Source: Paraspadella gotoi (lineage: Eukaryota; Animalia; Chaetognatha). From it: 64,000 nt of DNA. The first letter of the stretch is position 1. Every line of letters begins with the position of its first letter. The stretch is from NCBI GenBank assembly GCA_051294375.1, contig CM119266.1, forward strand, positions 17,664,087-17,728,086, written 5' to 3'. The translations under genes were made by a program, and so were the position numbers. The notes below the pieces were generated by a model. That model was not told where the DNA came from. It made no database searches and saw only the letters and a list, made by a program, of their open reading frames with translations. Shown here in pieces: positions 27,050 through 39,352 of the stretch.

Positions 27050-30000
27050 CTATATCATTATTATCATCTATATCATCATTACGCCTTTAGGATGCGGAGG
27101 ATACCGAGAAGGCGGGCAGCGTGGCGACAGCCCAAGCGATCGTCCGCTGCGTCGTTGGCATTGGAATCGAGGACGAAGATCGGAAGCACACCTGGATGGG
27201 AGACGCGGAGGCTTGTGCTGCCAACGGAGCCATCGCCTGCGCCAGGGCAATCTTTGCCCATGCAATCTCGGTCTTTCCAGGTTGGTTTTTATCATATTAA
27301 GTGGACCCGTGGGAGGTAATGTGGTTTTTAGCGGGAGGAGAGACTGAACTCGTATGATAGTGTTTTGGCTTTTTTTTCGTTGCGGCAAAGAATATAAAAA
27401 AGATAGTAAAAAACGGACATTTTGTTTTGCCAGTCTTTATCAGATTTATAAGACTTTTTTTCTTTGTCAAACTTCCTCCTTTTGATTAGGCTGTCTTTTA
27501 CTTTTTAGTTGCGCCGCGAGTACTCGCGGAGCATCTCTATAAGTCACTTTTCGGTCGGTCTGTCCCACTTACGTTAAAAATGCTCATATCTTACATATAC
27601 ATTTAAGTCACTACGAGTACGACGAGTACTACTAGTACTACTTATACCAGCGCCGCATTCAGGAAATCCTAAAACAATAAAAAAATAGGGAATTCTGATG
27701 CAGTGCTTGTCATAAATACACGGGCTAAGAAAGTTATTGTAGTCATTCAGACATGTCATGTCATGTCACGAGAAATATACGTAATAAGGCAGTCACTGCG
27801 GCGCAACACGTTTGAATTACCGTTCTTTTTAATAAAAGTTTTATATATCTAACTTCTAATCCATAATTTTCGTTTTCCCATAATTTCCCCAGGCAAAAAG
27901 AAGATCTGGCTCCGCGCAGCCTACTTTGAAAAGGAGCACGGAACCCGCGAGCAGCTGGAGGCTCTGCTGCAGAAGGCGGTCGCTCACTGCCCCAAGGCGG
28001 AAACGCTCTGGCTCATGGGCGCCAAGTCCAAGTGGCTCGCCCACGATGTTCAGTCCGCGAGGTCGATCCTCGCCCTCGCTTTTCAGGTTTTCTATTAAAA
28101 TAATAAATACTTTATTAATCATTTATTAATTATTAATCATCAATCAACATCAAGGCCAACCCCAACTCGGAAGAAATCTGGTTGGCCGCCATTAAACTCG
28201 AATCGGAGAACAACGAGTTTGAACGCGCGCGTCGCCTCCTGGCGAAAGCACGGAGCAGCGCCCCCACTGCCCGCGTCTACATGAAGTCCGCCAAACTCGA
28301 GTGGTGTTTGGGGGAATTGAGCGACGCACTGGATCTCTTGGCCGAAGCTACAGAGCTTTATTCGGATTTCGACAAAATGTGGATGATGAAGGTTGGGCCT
28401 GTTTTTTGTATCGAAGGGTGCGGAATAGGGAAAGGGAAAAGGTAAAATTTTACTTTTGGCGACCGGGGTTTGGGCCTTTTGAGAAACAATTTAAAAATAA
28501 TTTAAATAATTAAATAATTTAAAAATTAAAAAAATAATTACCTAATTCCCCGAACCCTAAACACTTTTAACCATAACCACCCCTGACCCCCCCTAACCCC
28601 GATCGCCGAAAGTAAAATTATGCCAAGAAGCAAATGTTCATTATATAACGTGGGAGGAGAATATGGCAAAAAGAAAGGATAAAAGCCTGAAGCGTAAACT
28701 AATCCATGTCATAATAGGGGCCGGAGCTTACACTTTATTTCATCGATTAAGAGTTTTTTGGCGTTCAGTCGGCATTTAAACCACGTAGGAGACTAATTAC
28801 AGCAAGTTTAAATATAAAATGGTGCATGATATAAACACAATTAGTTGCGCAAGCCAAAAAACTTTACTCGAATATGCAAATTAGGTTGTCATAAAGTAAA
28901 ATCACATATTTTTTCAATAGTCAGATTTTTAAAAATATTTTATTGCACTCAACTTTTTTTATGCTATTCTATCCTAAAATTGCTGGCTGTACAATTATCC
29001 ATCCATATTTGATACATTTTATTAATTCGTCGACAAACGCTACATAAATAAAGAGGTAATAACTTGCACAAAATCATATTAAAAATCAAGGCAATCGAGA
29101 ACATTAGTAAAATCACTCAGCTCAACATTTTTTCTGTATGTAACTTTGTCTAGATAAATTATTAGGTTATTACTATAAGCTTTAGAATTTAACTTTTTGT
29201 AATTCTGTTTCAAACGGAAAATTTGTGAGTTTTTAGGAAAAGAAACACAGTAACGAACTTCGAAGTAAAGTCTTTCGACTTTCTCATCCTCTGATTTCAA
29301 ACTAGCTATGTAACTTTTAACTTCCTGTGATGAAACGAAAGGACCTCCCATTAGTTTCAATTTCAAGAGATCAGAATTTCGGCGTTGGTCTACACTAATT
29401 TGCTGGATTTCTTTTTGACTAAAACCTTCTTCTTGTAATTTTTTCTGCTTAGTTGCCCATTCTTGAACAATAGCTGGCAAAATTTTTTGACATTCCATTT
29501 GACGAAATGTACTGGGGATTCTTTTCCCTTCAGTAAGATTTAATGATTTTGCTAAAACATGAGCACTTGAAGCAGCAGAAAGATTTTTGGCACCACGAAT
29601 CTTTAGTTCATAATTGATTGAGCCCACAGAACGCTCTGCATCTAAATTATTTATTGCGCTGAATTTAATTTCCTATCATCCATATTTTTTAAAGAAAGCT
29701 CACTCTGTTTAAACTCTCCAAATGAAAAGATATCGCCTCGTTGCTTGTGCCACCCGTCTGCTAATCGCTTTGTAATTATTTTTAAAAGTTTAATAACTGA
29801 AACTCGATAATGTTCAGCGGCCAAAAAAATAGAATTTAAAATTTCTTTTTCATACTTGACAGCGTTAAACATGGAACTAGAACAAAAATCTAGTGCAGGC
29901 TCATCATGTTGCAAGTAATTTTCAGGCGGAACATTTAAAAGATTTGTATACAGTTTTGGAAAGGCGGTTTTTAAGTCCTCATATGTTGTCTTTGATGAAG

Positions 30001-33000
30001 ATGTAAGCTTTGCAAACGGTTCAATTAAATGTATTCCAAGAAGAGCGCCAACGATACAAAACACCCGTAAAAATTCTACGTCCTCAAAACAACGAACGAT
30101 ACATGCCAAATTATTAGTAATGTGATCGAATTTTCGCAAAAAAGAAATTATATCTTTGTCATGGTGAAGAACAACGGCGCAAAGAAAAGGAAAGCGGGTA
30201 AACCGTTCAGAAGCAAGTCGGACAGAAAAATTTTTCTTCGGTGAAATATGAATGTCAAACTCGTTTGCCTTATTCCAAGATTTATGATCGAAATCATGCG
30301 ATACCAGACGAGAAGAACAGTCCAAAAACTGCGTGATAATTGATTCATGAGAATTTGGTGTCACATTAAATGAAGCAAAAATCTTTTCTTGGCCTATTGA
30401 TTGTTCAATTTCCTTAAAAGTCGAATCTATTTTTCGATTGAACATGAGAACAGGATGGACGTTGCACAATAAATGACTTGGTATATGGTTTAAATTTAGT
30501 TCTTCAGCTAATAATTTTTCAACCTGAAGATTATGAGCGGTAGAGTCTGTCATCACAAAATCTATTTTGTTAAAGAGAAATTCAATAGAAACACCACTTA
30601 CTGCTGATAATATAGTTAATATAGTTTTTTTAAATTCTTTTAAATTTGCTCTTGTCTCACTCACAATGGGTAAAGTCGGAAGCGGAAAATAAGTGCCATC
30701 AACAGTTATGCCTTGAACTGAAAAAGAGCCGGTTCCCTGCTTCTTGGACCCATCGTCGTGGTATGTAATTGACGTTGTCGATTCTGAATTGATAATTTTT
30801 TCCACGAGTTGATCAAGAGCAAATAATTCTCTCACTCGTGTTTCGCGTCGATTGTTGGAAGAATCTGGCGCCGTGTCGAGGTCAATTGTACTTTGATCAT
30901 CATCAAAAACTTCCAAGGCAAGCTGAACAGATTTCTCGCAGTTAAAATGACCCCTGCAATCGCTTGGACTTCTGAACAATGATATTTTGATTTTAGAGTG
31001 ATGATAGTTTCGTAATACTCCGGTTTGACTCGTTGAATCGATTTTCTCAAATGGCGGTATTCTTCCGGAAAGTCACTGTCTCCATCTGATTCTTTTGAAT
31101 ACCTTCTGCGCTTTGAAGTTGGCTCGTCGGATTCATCAGGTGTAAAAGGAAGGTCAGATTCGTTAAAAGAAGGCTATGAAAAGTCGCCCACCATCTCGTC
31201 GGTTAATTCAACTTTTTCATCTTTTCCGCATGATCGGCGGCTTCCTTCTCTCTTTTTTCGAGAGATTTCATTTCTTTTTCTTTTCGTTCAGCGCTTTTCT
31301 TCCACTGCCGATCAACAAAATTATCACAAAACATTTTTCTATCATTTTTTTGGTCCTCTAAAAATTTTACCTCAACTTCAGTCATTGTAACGCCATAAAA
31401 GTAGGACTAAGCTCTGACGAACAAAGCCAGAGGTTTTTTTAATATATTCTTATACCGGCCAAGGTAGAATGATGGCAATATTGTTAATATTAAGTTTCAA
31501 AAAAATCCTACCATAAATATAGAAAATATTAACCAAAATCTTCGGAAAATTGACCCCTTCTTTGGAAGATTTTCGCCATAGAAGATTTTCCCCGAATCTG
31601 ACTCCCGGTTGAAAACTCTTAGAATTCTGATCGTTAGCTCCTCTTTTACTTTTACTTTAAATAAAAATTTCCCAAAATGGACTAATTCACTTTCCCATGA
31701 TCGTATCATATCAAAATAACAAAATAAAATGTAAAGAAAAATTTTGAGAGCCCTTCAGACATATGGCTATCGGATTCCTGAATTTGAAGTTTATTGTAAA
31801 ATCACAACATATGTTAAATGCGTTGACATTGTATTGAAGTTGAGAAATCCCTTTATTTTATATATAAAAATTGCATCGAAAATATTTTCCCGAGCGGACC
31901 AGTCCATTTGAATCTGATGGTTTGATGTCAAAATGATGGTTATTTGTCAAGAGAAAAAAAATGCGAGCCCTTCAGATGCAACAGGATCGGAATCGAGTGT
32001 TTTTACATCTATTTTTTACCTGAATTTTTCCCAGGGCGTTGACATTATTTGGTAGTCAGATTTTAACGAAAATCTCCATTGAAAAAGTCTTCCTCGATTT
32101 CTAAGAACGACGTAGACTCCTAATAAAAGAGTTCCTGTCGCTTTCTGCTATTTTTATCTTCACAGGCAATGTCAAAAAGTCGGATAGATATTCGGTCATA
32201 AAAAACTTGAACTTGGGATTTCCAACGGTCATCGCGTCGTGAAGAAGCGGTTCTTTGAAGGTTACGGTATTCGTCATACAGTCTTGATATTTGTATCTTT
32301 ATATTTTTGTAGGATTTTGTGTAGATGTTGCAGTTTATCCAATGCTCAATGAGATTCAAAGCGATCATCTTTGAGGCATCAGAAACATTTACTCTTTGCC
32401 GATGATAATACAACATGGCCTAAATTTTTTAAATAAAAAATTAAATAAGGCTTTTATAAAAACTAGGTGGCTAAATTTTACCTTCGCCGACAGCGGTTTT
32501 GGCGGCTTTTGAAAAACTATTTAAAAATATTTATTTTTAAAAAATTTAAAAAAAAAATATTACTCAATTACCCTAACCCTAAACCACCCTTAACCCTAAC
32601 CCCTCCCTCACCCCGGTCGACGAAAGTAAAAGTAAAAATAACCATTTTTAACCTGTATGACATGTAATTCGAGAGGAAGAACCCCTGGAGGAAATTCCAA
32701 TGCTGCGCTGAAAGTAACTTCTCCGAGAGGCACAAGGCACGACGAACGGAGGACGGGAGGCATTCTCTACAACTACGATGTTATTCGATACTAGGATTTG
32801 TTATACTACTACTATACTAGTCTAAATAAAAAATACTATCTCAACAAGATTATAACTTTTCGAAAAACAATCGGAGTGCCTTTTTGTTTCAAAAGAATCC
32901 GCTAGGGGTTACTATTAAAAATATATAGAGAAAGACAGCTATGAATTTTCCCAAAAAAATTAATTGGATAAAATTAACGCAACTTTTTGTGAACTTGGTT

Positions 33001-34017
33001 TGACACACTGTGACTGTAATTACCTCTAAAAATATTCGTTACATTAAATAATTGCGATTCGAATGATTTCATGGAAGCTCCGGCCCCTAGTCATAAGGTT
33101 TTAAACAATTTGTAAAATTTAAATTACAAAGTTAATTAGTAAGTATATTTCATCGATCGAATTCCTACTAAAATCCCAGCTCTTGACCTTTAAATTCAGG
33201 GTCAGATCCAACTTCAAAAGGGCCGCGTCGACGCCGCGCGTGACGCTTTCAACGCCGGCCTCAAGAAATGCCCCGCCTCCATCCCTCTATGGACTCTCTC
33301 CGCTCAGCTGGAGATTTCCGACCGCCAGTTCACCAAAGCCCGTTCCATCCTGGAGAAGGCCCGCCTTCGCAACCCGCAGAACCCCGTCCTTTGGCTGGAG
33401 TCGATCCGGCTAGAGATCAAGGCCGACATGCGCTCCATCGCTATGACCCTTTTGGCCAAGGCCATGCAGGATTGTCCCAATTCTGGTCTCCTCTGGGCCG
33501 AGGCAATATTCCTGGAACAGCGTGAGTTTTATTTTAAGATCATGGTTTATATTCTAATTAATTTCCTATTTCATTTATTAACTGTCTTTGAACGACTAAC
33601 AATCTTTAAGCCGGTCGATGCTGTATTAAGTTGAGCCATTCTAAAATAATTACCCCAGGCCCCCAACGCAAGACGAAATCCGTGGACGCCCTCCGCAGGT
33701 GCGAACACGACCCGCACGTCCTCCTCGCCGTATCCAAACTTTTCTGGACGGAGAGGAAGATCACAAAGGCACGCGACTGGTTCACTCGAACCGTCAAACT
33801 CGATCCCGACCTCGGAGACGCCTGGGCCTACTTCTACAAGTTCGAACTGCAGCACGGAACCGAGGAGCGGCAGCGGGATTTGTTGCGACGCTGTGCCATG
33901 GCGGAGCCGCATCACGGCGAAGTCTGGTGCCGCGTGGGGAAGGACATTCGGAACTGGAGGGCCAAGACGGAGGAGGTGTTGCTCAAGGTTGAGGAGGCGT
34001 TGGCGGTGCCGACGTAG
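24694..34017 (+). CDS. PRPF6: Pre-mRNA processing factor 6 (U5 102 kDa), 11 exons, ~924 aa
   Basis: N-terminus [32 protein letters not shown]; HAT/TPR repeats; C-terminal EPHHGEVW. Exons 24694-25224, 25284-25341, 25643-25773, 25958-26341, 26560-26797, 26863-26993, 27091-27280, 27893-28086, 28155-28391, 33200-33521, 33659-34017 total 2775 nt. Confidence 0.96.
27502..27830 (+). mobile_element. DINE-1/HINE-like non-autonomous element in a PRPF6 intron
   Basis: Subterminal inverted repeat GTTGCGCCGC (27508-27517) / GCGGCGCAAC (27798-27807), a CGGT-type microsatellite seed and T-rich ends. Confidence 0.55.
28441..28624. mobile_element. MITE with ~25-30-bp TIRs and CCCTAA-like internal repeats (copy 1)
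   Basis: AATTTTACTTTTGGCGACCGGGGTT ... AACCCCGATCGCCGAAAGTAAAATT; related copy at 32469-32643. Confidence 0.7.
31402..32122. mobile_element. Non-autonomous 721-bp element nested in the transposase
   Basis: Ends TAGGA...TCCTA; 7-bp TSD ATAAAAG at 31395-31401 and 32123-32129; highly similar inverted copy at 54860-55584. Confidence 0.92.
32469..32643. mobile_element. CCCTAA-containing MITE (copy 2) inside the transposase intron
   Basis: AAATTTTACCTTCGCCGA ... CCCTAACCCTAAACC...TCGACGAAAGTAAAA; same layout as 28441-28624. Confidence 0.65.
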
Positions 34018-34429
34018 GAAAGGGGGAGGATTTTTACCTTTTCTTTTCCCTTATTCCCTTTTTTTCTCTTCATCCTCAGTCAATGAGAAACTCCACCCAC
34101 TCATACCTTTCCTCCTTCTTTTCCCCCCTTCTTCCCCCCGCCTCTGCAATCCTGTATTGTTTCTAGTGAATCTTATTCGAATTCCTTATTGTTTCAAGTT
34201 TCACATTCATTGTTTTGAATTTACAATACTAGCTATTACTTGTTGCAGTCCTACTGTCATTAAATTCCTTTCCGTCGCTATGACTAAGACTTTGTTGTTC
34301 TCTTTGTATCTCGTTTCCCTTTACACTGAGAATTATGACAATCACAAAATGTTTACTCTTAGTAAACATGAATAAGTAGAAACTCGACTCTTATTCGCCG
34401 TTTAGTGAAAACGAGACAAAAGGACAAAA

Positions 34430-36058
34430 ATGGCAATGATCAACCAATTCCCCCGCGTCTCGCGGATCAAACTTCTTCCGGAAGTGTTCCCACCGGGATC
34501 GCTGCGGAGTCGCCTGCCCAAACACTTTAAGAAAAACTATTTGGACAAATTGGAGAAGAAGCCGGATCTCTTGCATCAGGTTATGGTGGTATTTTTAGAA
34601 GTCTCTCTTGCCGCCTCAACGATTTGCCCCAACGAATGATAATAGCTGGGAGAGTTCATGAACGAACCTGTTTTGCGTTGGGAGGTATGGGAATTGAAAG
34701 AACAAATAAACCGTTAGCTTTGGTATCATCAACGGTATGGACTCCTCTTTTGACGAATCACGACATAATGACATCACTATTCAACAATGTCTGGCCAACC
34801 AAGTCTGTCTATAGTTCTATTCCGTTAATGATCTTTAAAGAATAATACTTTGAAAATTGTCCGAAACCGATTCATCCAATTCAAAACCATTCTTCCTAAC
34901 CAAGGTCCCCTACGATGCGAAGTACCGCCTCGACGGCGAGACCGGCTTCCGCCTCCCGATTCAAGATCCGCCCGTCCGAACTTTTCGGCCTCCCGCCTTT
35001 GATCGCGTCCTCTTCGGCGGGGAACGCATCATCGACGGATATACAAAGGACAGGTGGGTCCCATTTGTTTATTTCAACATTTATCTTGAGGTCAACACCG
35101 TCGTTTTTCTTTAATATATATTTCTCTTTATATATTACGATTAAATATTGCTTGGATTTCTTTAAAACAATATTCAACAGATCCGTCAATTTAACTGCCT
35201 CCTATTCCTATCTCGCTCTCATCTCTATTTCCGACCCCCTACTTCAACTCGTCCTCCCTCGACCATCAACCACCCCACTCCCCTATCCAACATCCCAGAC
35301 CCAACCTGACCGACGGCCCCTTCAGCCGCATCGACGACGCCCAACACAAAAAGCGTCCTCACTTTTGGTTTCCTCAATACAAAATTCACACTTTCTTCAG
35401 CGAAGTCCTCGACAGATATATCATCATCCCCGTGACAGAGTCGACGCTGGAGCAGGTCGACGCCGCCGAGGGATTCGATTACTACATTCTCAAGACGAAT
35501 TTGGTGAGGGATAAACAAGTTGCGTTTTAAGTTTCAGATCTTTATTGCTTAAGTAAAAAGGATTTTGAAAGTAAAAAGTATCATTTCAAACCATGCATTG
35601 ACTGAGGCTTAACATTTGCTGAAAGTCTTTTAAACTGCTTTAATATGCAAATGAGATTGATAAACTTCAAAATATGTTTACAATTACAACCCGAAAGGTA
35701 AACCTGGACTCCCGCGTGGGTGAGTGTCTCAAGAAAGAGATGAGCCTCCGCCTTTTGGACGAGACTGCGGGACCCGCGGAAGACGCCGAAGCGCGACGTC
35801 ACATTGTCGACAAGTACGCGGCGCTGGCGACACCTCGGGAGGAGGCCGAGTGGTTGGGACTAAGTCTACCTGAAGCCTGCGCCAAGCAGATCGAGCTCGA
35901 GGTTGTTTACCGTCATTATGTGACATTTTTAATAGAGTAAATTTTTATTTATGATAAATAATTTTAAGGTGGCGGCGCAGAAGCGCGTGACGATTCCGCT
36001 CAAGTTTCTCTACGCGAAAAAAGTATATGACGAAATGAGGGAAGAAGCGACGGGATAG
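34430..36058 (+). CDS. MRPL28: Mitochondrial ribosomal protein L28 (bL28m), 5 exons, ~256 aa
   Basis: Exons 34430-34579, 34905-35053, 35326-35503, 35698-35901, 35969-36058 total 771 nt; motifs LFGGE, WFPQ..FFSEVLD, GFDYYILKT, EEAEWLGLSL. Confidence 0.9.
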
Positions 36059-36332
36059 CGAGAGAGCGGCGGGAAGGTTTGGGACAGAGTGTGGAAGAAA
36101 ACTTCTTAGAGAAAGAGATAAAGAGAGCCGTGAATTTAAAACAGAAAATCATTTTGATTCCTGTTTGTTAAATGCCATTAAATCTCCAACTTCATCAGCA
36201 CTATTGCTATTGTTTTACGCTGTTTTGTTATTTTCTTTAGTCTATTTGCTAAAAATAATGGCTCCAGTTGTGTACTAGATTGCATACATTAACAAAACAA
36301 AAACGAAATAAAACGGAAGACGTATAAAAACA

Positions 36333-36626
36333 ATGTTCGTCTCCAACGTTTCCCGCGCCCTCTGTCGCAAATACCCACCCTTCATCTCCCGCACCCTCAT
36401 GGTCGAGGACAACGACGTAACGACGACGATGTCGCGGATGAACCGTCTCCTCTCGCAAGACGGTTACGTGGACGCCCTTCGTCGTCAGGCCTTTTACGAG
36501 AAGCCGACCTTTAAGCGGCAGAGACTTCGATACGAATTCTGTCGCTCGCTCTACGATCACGACATGAGGATGAAGATTCTATTTTTAGAACGGACGAATC
36601 GGAAAGACCCGTGGGTCGGAACGTGA
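36333..36626 (+). CDS. MRPS21: Mitochondrial ribosomal protein S21 (bS21m), intronless
   Basis: FISRTLMVED..MNRLLSQDG..FYEKP..RQR..MKILFLERTNRKDPW matches the S21m pattern. Confidence 0.92.
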   Translation: MFVSNVSRALCRKYPPFISRTLMVEDNDVTTTMSRMNRLLSQDGYVDALRRQAFYEKPTFKRQRLRYEFCRSLYDHDMRMKILFLERTNRKDPWVGT

Positions 36627-36965
36627 TGGCGAAGGAGAAATTGTTTTTGTTGAATCCCTTGATTATTGATGCTCTCTCCCTTCCGCTATTTCTTCGCAAT
36701 TTCGACCGCAATTGGGCCCCGCTAAACTTTTAATGGAAACTTCGCCGTGAAACTTGATAATGAGCATCGACGAAATTATCGTCATCCTTAGTTTGTTAAG
36801 TTAAAAAGAAGTGGGACTATTTATTTACGTGTTATTCTCCTTTTCGTCTCGTTGATCATCTGTCTAATTTTCTCCCTAGTATGTTTTTGTTCTTTTTCAC
36901 CAAGAAATATTTCTTTTTTTGTCAAAACTAAAAACAACCCAAAACCGGCCGCCGCTTCCACCGCC

Positions 36966-38910
36966 ATGCCGCCCAAAAAGGGACGGGGCGCCGCCGCCGT
37001 GAAAGGCGCCCACCAGCTCGCCGAGGAGATGCCGAGCGGCGAGATTCTCACTGATCTATTCAAGAAGAGATTCCGCGTCGTGAGAAAGTTAGGTCAGGGT
37101 GGGTTCGGCCTCATCTATCTCGCCAGCAAAGATGAGGACGACCGGCTCGACGAGCCCAGCTACGTGATCAAGCAGGAGCCGCTGGGCAACGGTCCGCTCG
37201 CCCTCGAATGCCTCTTTTATGCCGGTAATCTCAAGCCCGAGAAGCTCGATGCTTGGGCCAAAAAAAAGCGCGTGGCCCAACTGGGTCTGCCCAAGTTCGT
37301 CGGTTGGGGCATGCATACGTTTCGCGGGAAGTCGTATCGGTTCTTGGCGATGCCTCGATTCGGATCCGATCTGCAGAAGAAGTTCGAGGTATAATATTTA
37401 TTAACTGTTCTCAACTATTTTATACATTAACTATCCTTTCGCCCAGGCTGCCGGCTCGTTCGATCGTGTCTCAGTGGCACTGCTGGCGCTCCGTCTCATC
37501 GACTCACTCCAATATCTCCACGATAACCGCTATGTTCATGCCGATATCAAAGCCGCCAATATTCTACTTCCCTTTTCGGCCGCCAAAAAGCCGATGCCCG
37601 CCAAGACAGTCTATCTGGTCGACTTTGGTCTGGCCGCCAAGTTCGGCACGGACGAGGCTCACGTTACCTACAAGCAAGACCCCAAGCGGGCTCACGACGG
37701 GACGGTAATCGCCGGAGAATTTTCTAAATAGCTACAATAAAACAATAAGATATTTTACATATTTTAAAAAACTAAATCATTACTATATGTCAACACTATT
37801 GGCTTTTGGGGCTTCCGACCCTCAGTGACGCCTCCAGTCACTGGCGCGGTCTCGCTTTGCCATCGCAGAGGGAAGTCGTTAGGACTGTTGATGGAACACA
37901 ATGTCTGGGATGGTGCGTTCCCCCTCTGAGCCAATGGGATTGGTTGAACGATGATGGACGTGAGGCGGCGTGAATTTATCGCCACAATAAAACCTTTTCC
38001 CTCCTCTCATCCCCCTTCTCCTTAGATCGAATTCACCTCCCGCGACGCCCACATGGGAGTTAAGCCCTCTCGCCGCGGCGACATGGAGATCCTTGGCTAC
38101 TGCTTGGTCCAGTGGCTCTGCGGCCGCCTTCCCTGGGAGGACAAGCTCGCCGATAAGAATTACGTGGCTGCACAGAAGTGTTCTTCGATGAAGGATATCC
38201 CCGCCTTCCTGAAGAGATGCTTCCCCAAAGGCGAGCAGCCGGCGGAGATCGGCAAATATCTCCACGCCGTAAACGAGCTCGAATACACGGAGGAGCCCGA
38301 CTACTCCTCCCTCAAGGAACTCTTCAAGTCGTTCCTTAGAAGCAAAGGCGTCGCCTCCGACGCCGGACTCAATCTCGTCACCGTCTCCACCGTCGGCGAA
38401 CCCCTCGCGGCGCCAGCCACACCAAAACGCGGCGCCGCGGGCAAAAAATCGGCGCCAGCGAGATCCTCTAAGGGGAAGGCGCAGGCTCCACGAGAAAAGG
38501 ATTTGACCGGCGTCGACGAGAGCCTCTCATTGGCGTTTCCGCCAAAGAGGACGCCAAAACGGCGAGCACCGCGGGCGCGGGCGGCGCCGGGTTCTGAGGA
38601 GGAGGCGACTTCTTCGCGGGAAGTCGGCGCCGCGGCGTCTTTGACTGCCGCTTCGACGTCCTCCAGAATGCCTTCTTTTCGCGCTTCTCGGAAACGGGTC
38701 ATGGAAGAAGAAGAGGAGGAAGAGGATCCGCCCGAAAAGCCACAACCACTCCGGGAAGTCTCGCAAAATCCCCCAGCAAGTCCGCGTGCCGCCTCTCGGT
38801 CGAGTCCGCGAATCGCCAAGAAGCTTAGAATCGTTCAGCGTCGAAAGAACGTCAAGACGAGCGACGGCGCCACTCAGACTACGCCCACCGTCAAGAGAGC
38901 GAGACGGTAG
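36966..38910 (+). CDS. VRK1: Vaccinia-related kinase (VRK1-like, CK1 group), 3 exons, ~521 aa
   Basis: Exons 36966-37388, 37447-37704, 38026-38910; motifs GQGGFGLIYLA, YRFLAMPRFGSDLQK, HADIKAANILL, DFGLA, HDGTIEFTSRDAH, SRRGDMEILGY, then a basic low-complexity tail. Confidence 0.92.
37786..37986 (-). mobile_element. Internally deleted solo LTR of the TRIM-related family (VRK1 intron 2)
   Basis: TATGTCAAC...GGCTTCCGACCCTCAGTGACGCCTCCAGTCACTGG...GCCACA; closely similar to 51667-51921. Confidence 0.8.
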
Positions 38911-39352
38911 ATCACGTTCGGTGCCTTGAGAGCTAGACGACGCCAGATAACCCTCCACGGCGAGATGACACCGTTTCGGGATAGTATGGCCTAATATATA
39001 TCTCAAAAAAAAAAATCTCTAAATTTTCGAGTCGGACAACAAAAATATTGTTATCGTTTGCCAAATTTTTCAAAACTTATTATATAATTAACTCTCGAAT
39101 CAAAACGAAGCCTATGTTTGAAGCTTTGCTTTTTGTTTTGTCCTTTCTCGATTTTCTTCATTTTTTTACGTCTGCTTATATATTTTCAAAACCTTATCTT
39201 TATTATCTTCAATTCGATTCCATTTATTTTTAATATGCTCTCTTTCACTTTAAACTAGCGCGTTATTATGTAAACTAAACAAAAAATGTCCCCGAAATTA
39301 AAAGAAAATTGACTCTTTTTCGAGTCACGATCGTCTCCCATCGTCGACGGAC

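Larger units (their letters stand above)
29079..32763 (-). pseudogene. Disrupted DDE transposase
   Basis: Exon 32763-32653 ([17 protein letters not shown]), GT-AG intron 32652-32420, then AMLYYHRQ... Coding is broken by a 721-bp insertion; removing it restores ELFY|GVTMTEVE. Further frameshifts lie near 31.2, 30.98 and 29.65 kb. Catalytic-type motifs HDDGS, MTDS, CNVH (CxxH) and [10 protein letters not shown]. Confidence 0.85.
28715..33089 (-). mobile_element. Full-length hAT-superfamily-like DNA transposon (hATw-like, 7-bp TSD) in PRPF6 intron 9
   Basis: 15-bp perfect TIR TAGGGGCCGGAGCTT / AAGCTCCGGCCCCTA; TSD GTCATAA at 28708-28714 and 33090-33096; encodes a DDE transposase on the minus strand. 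Confidence 0.9.
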
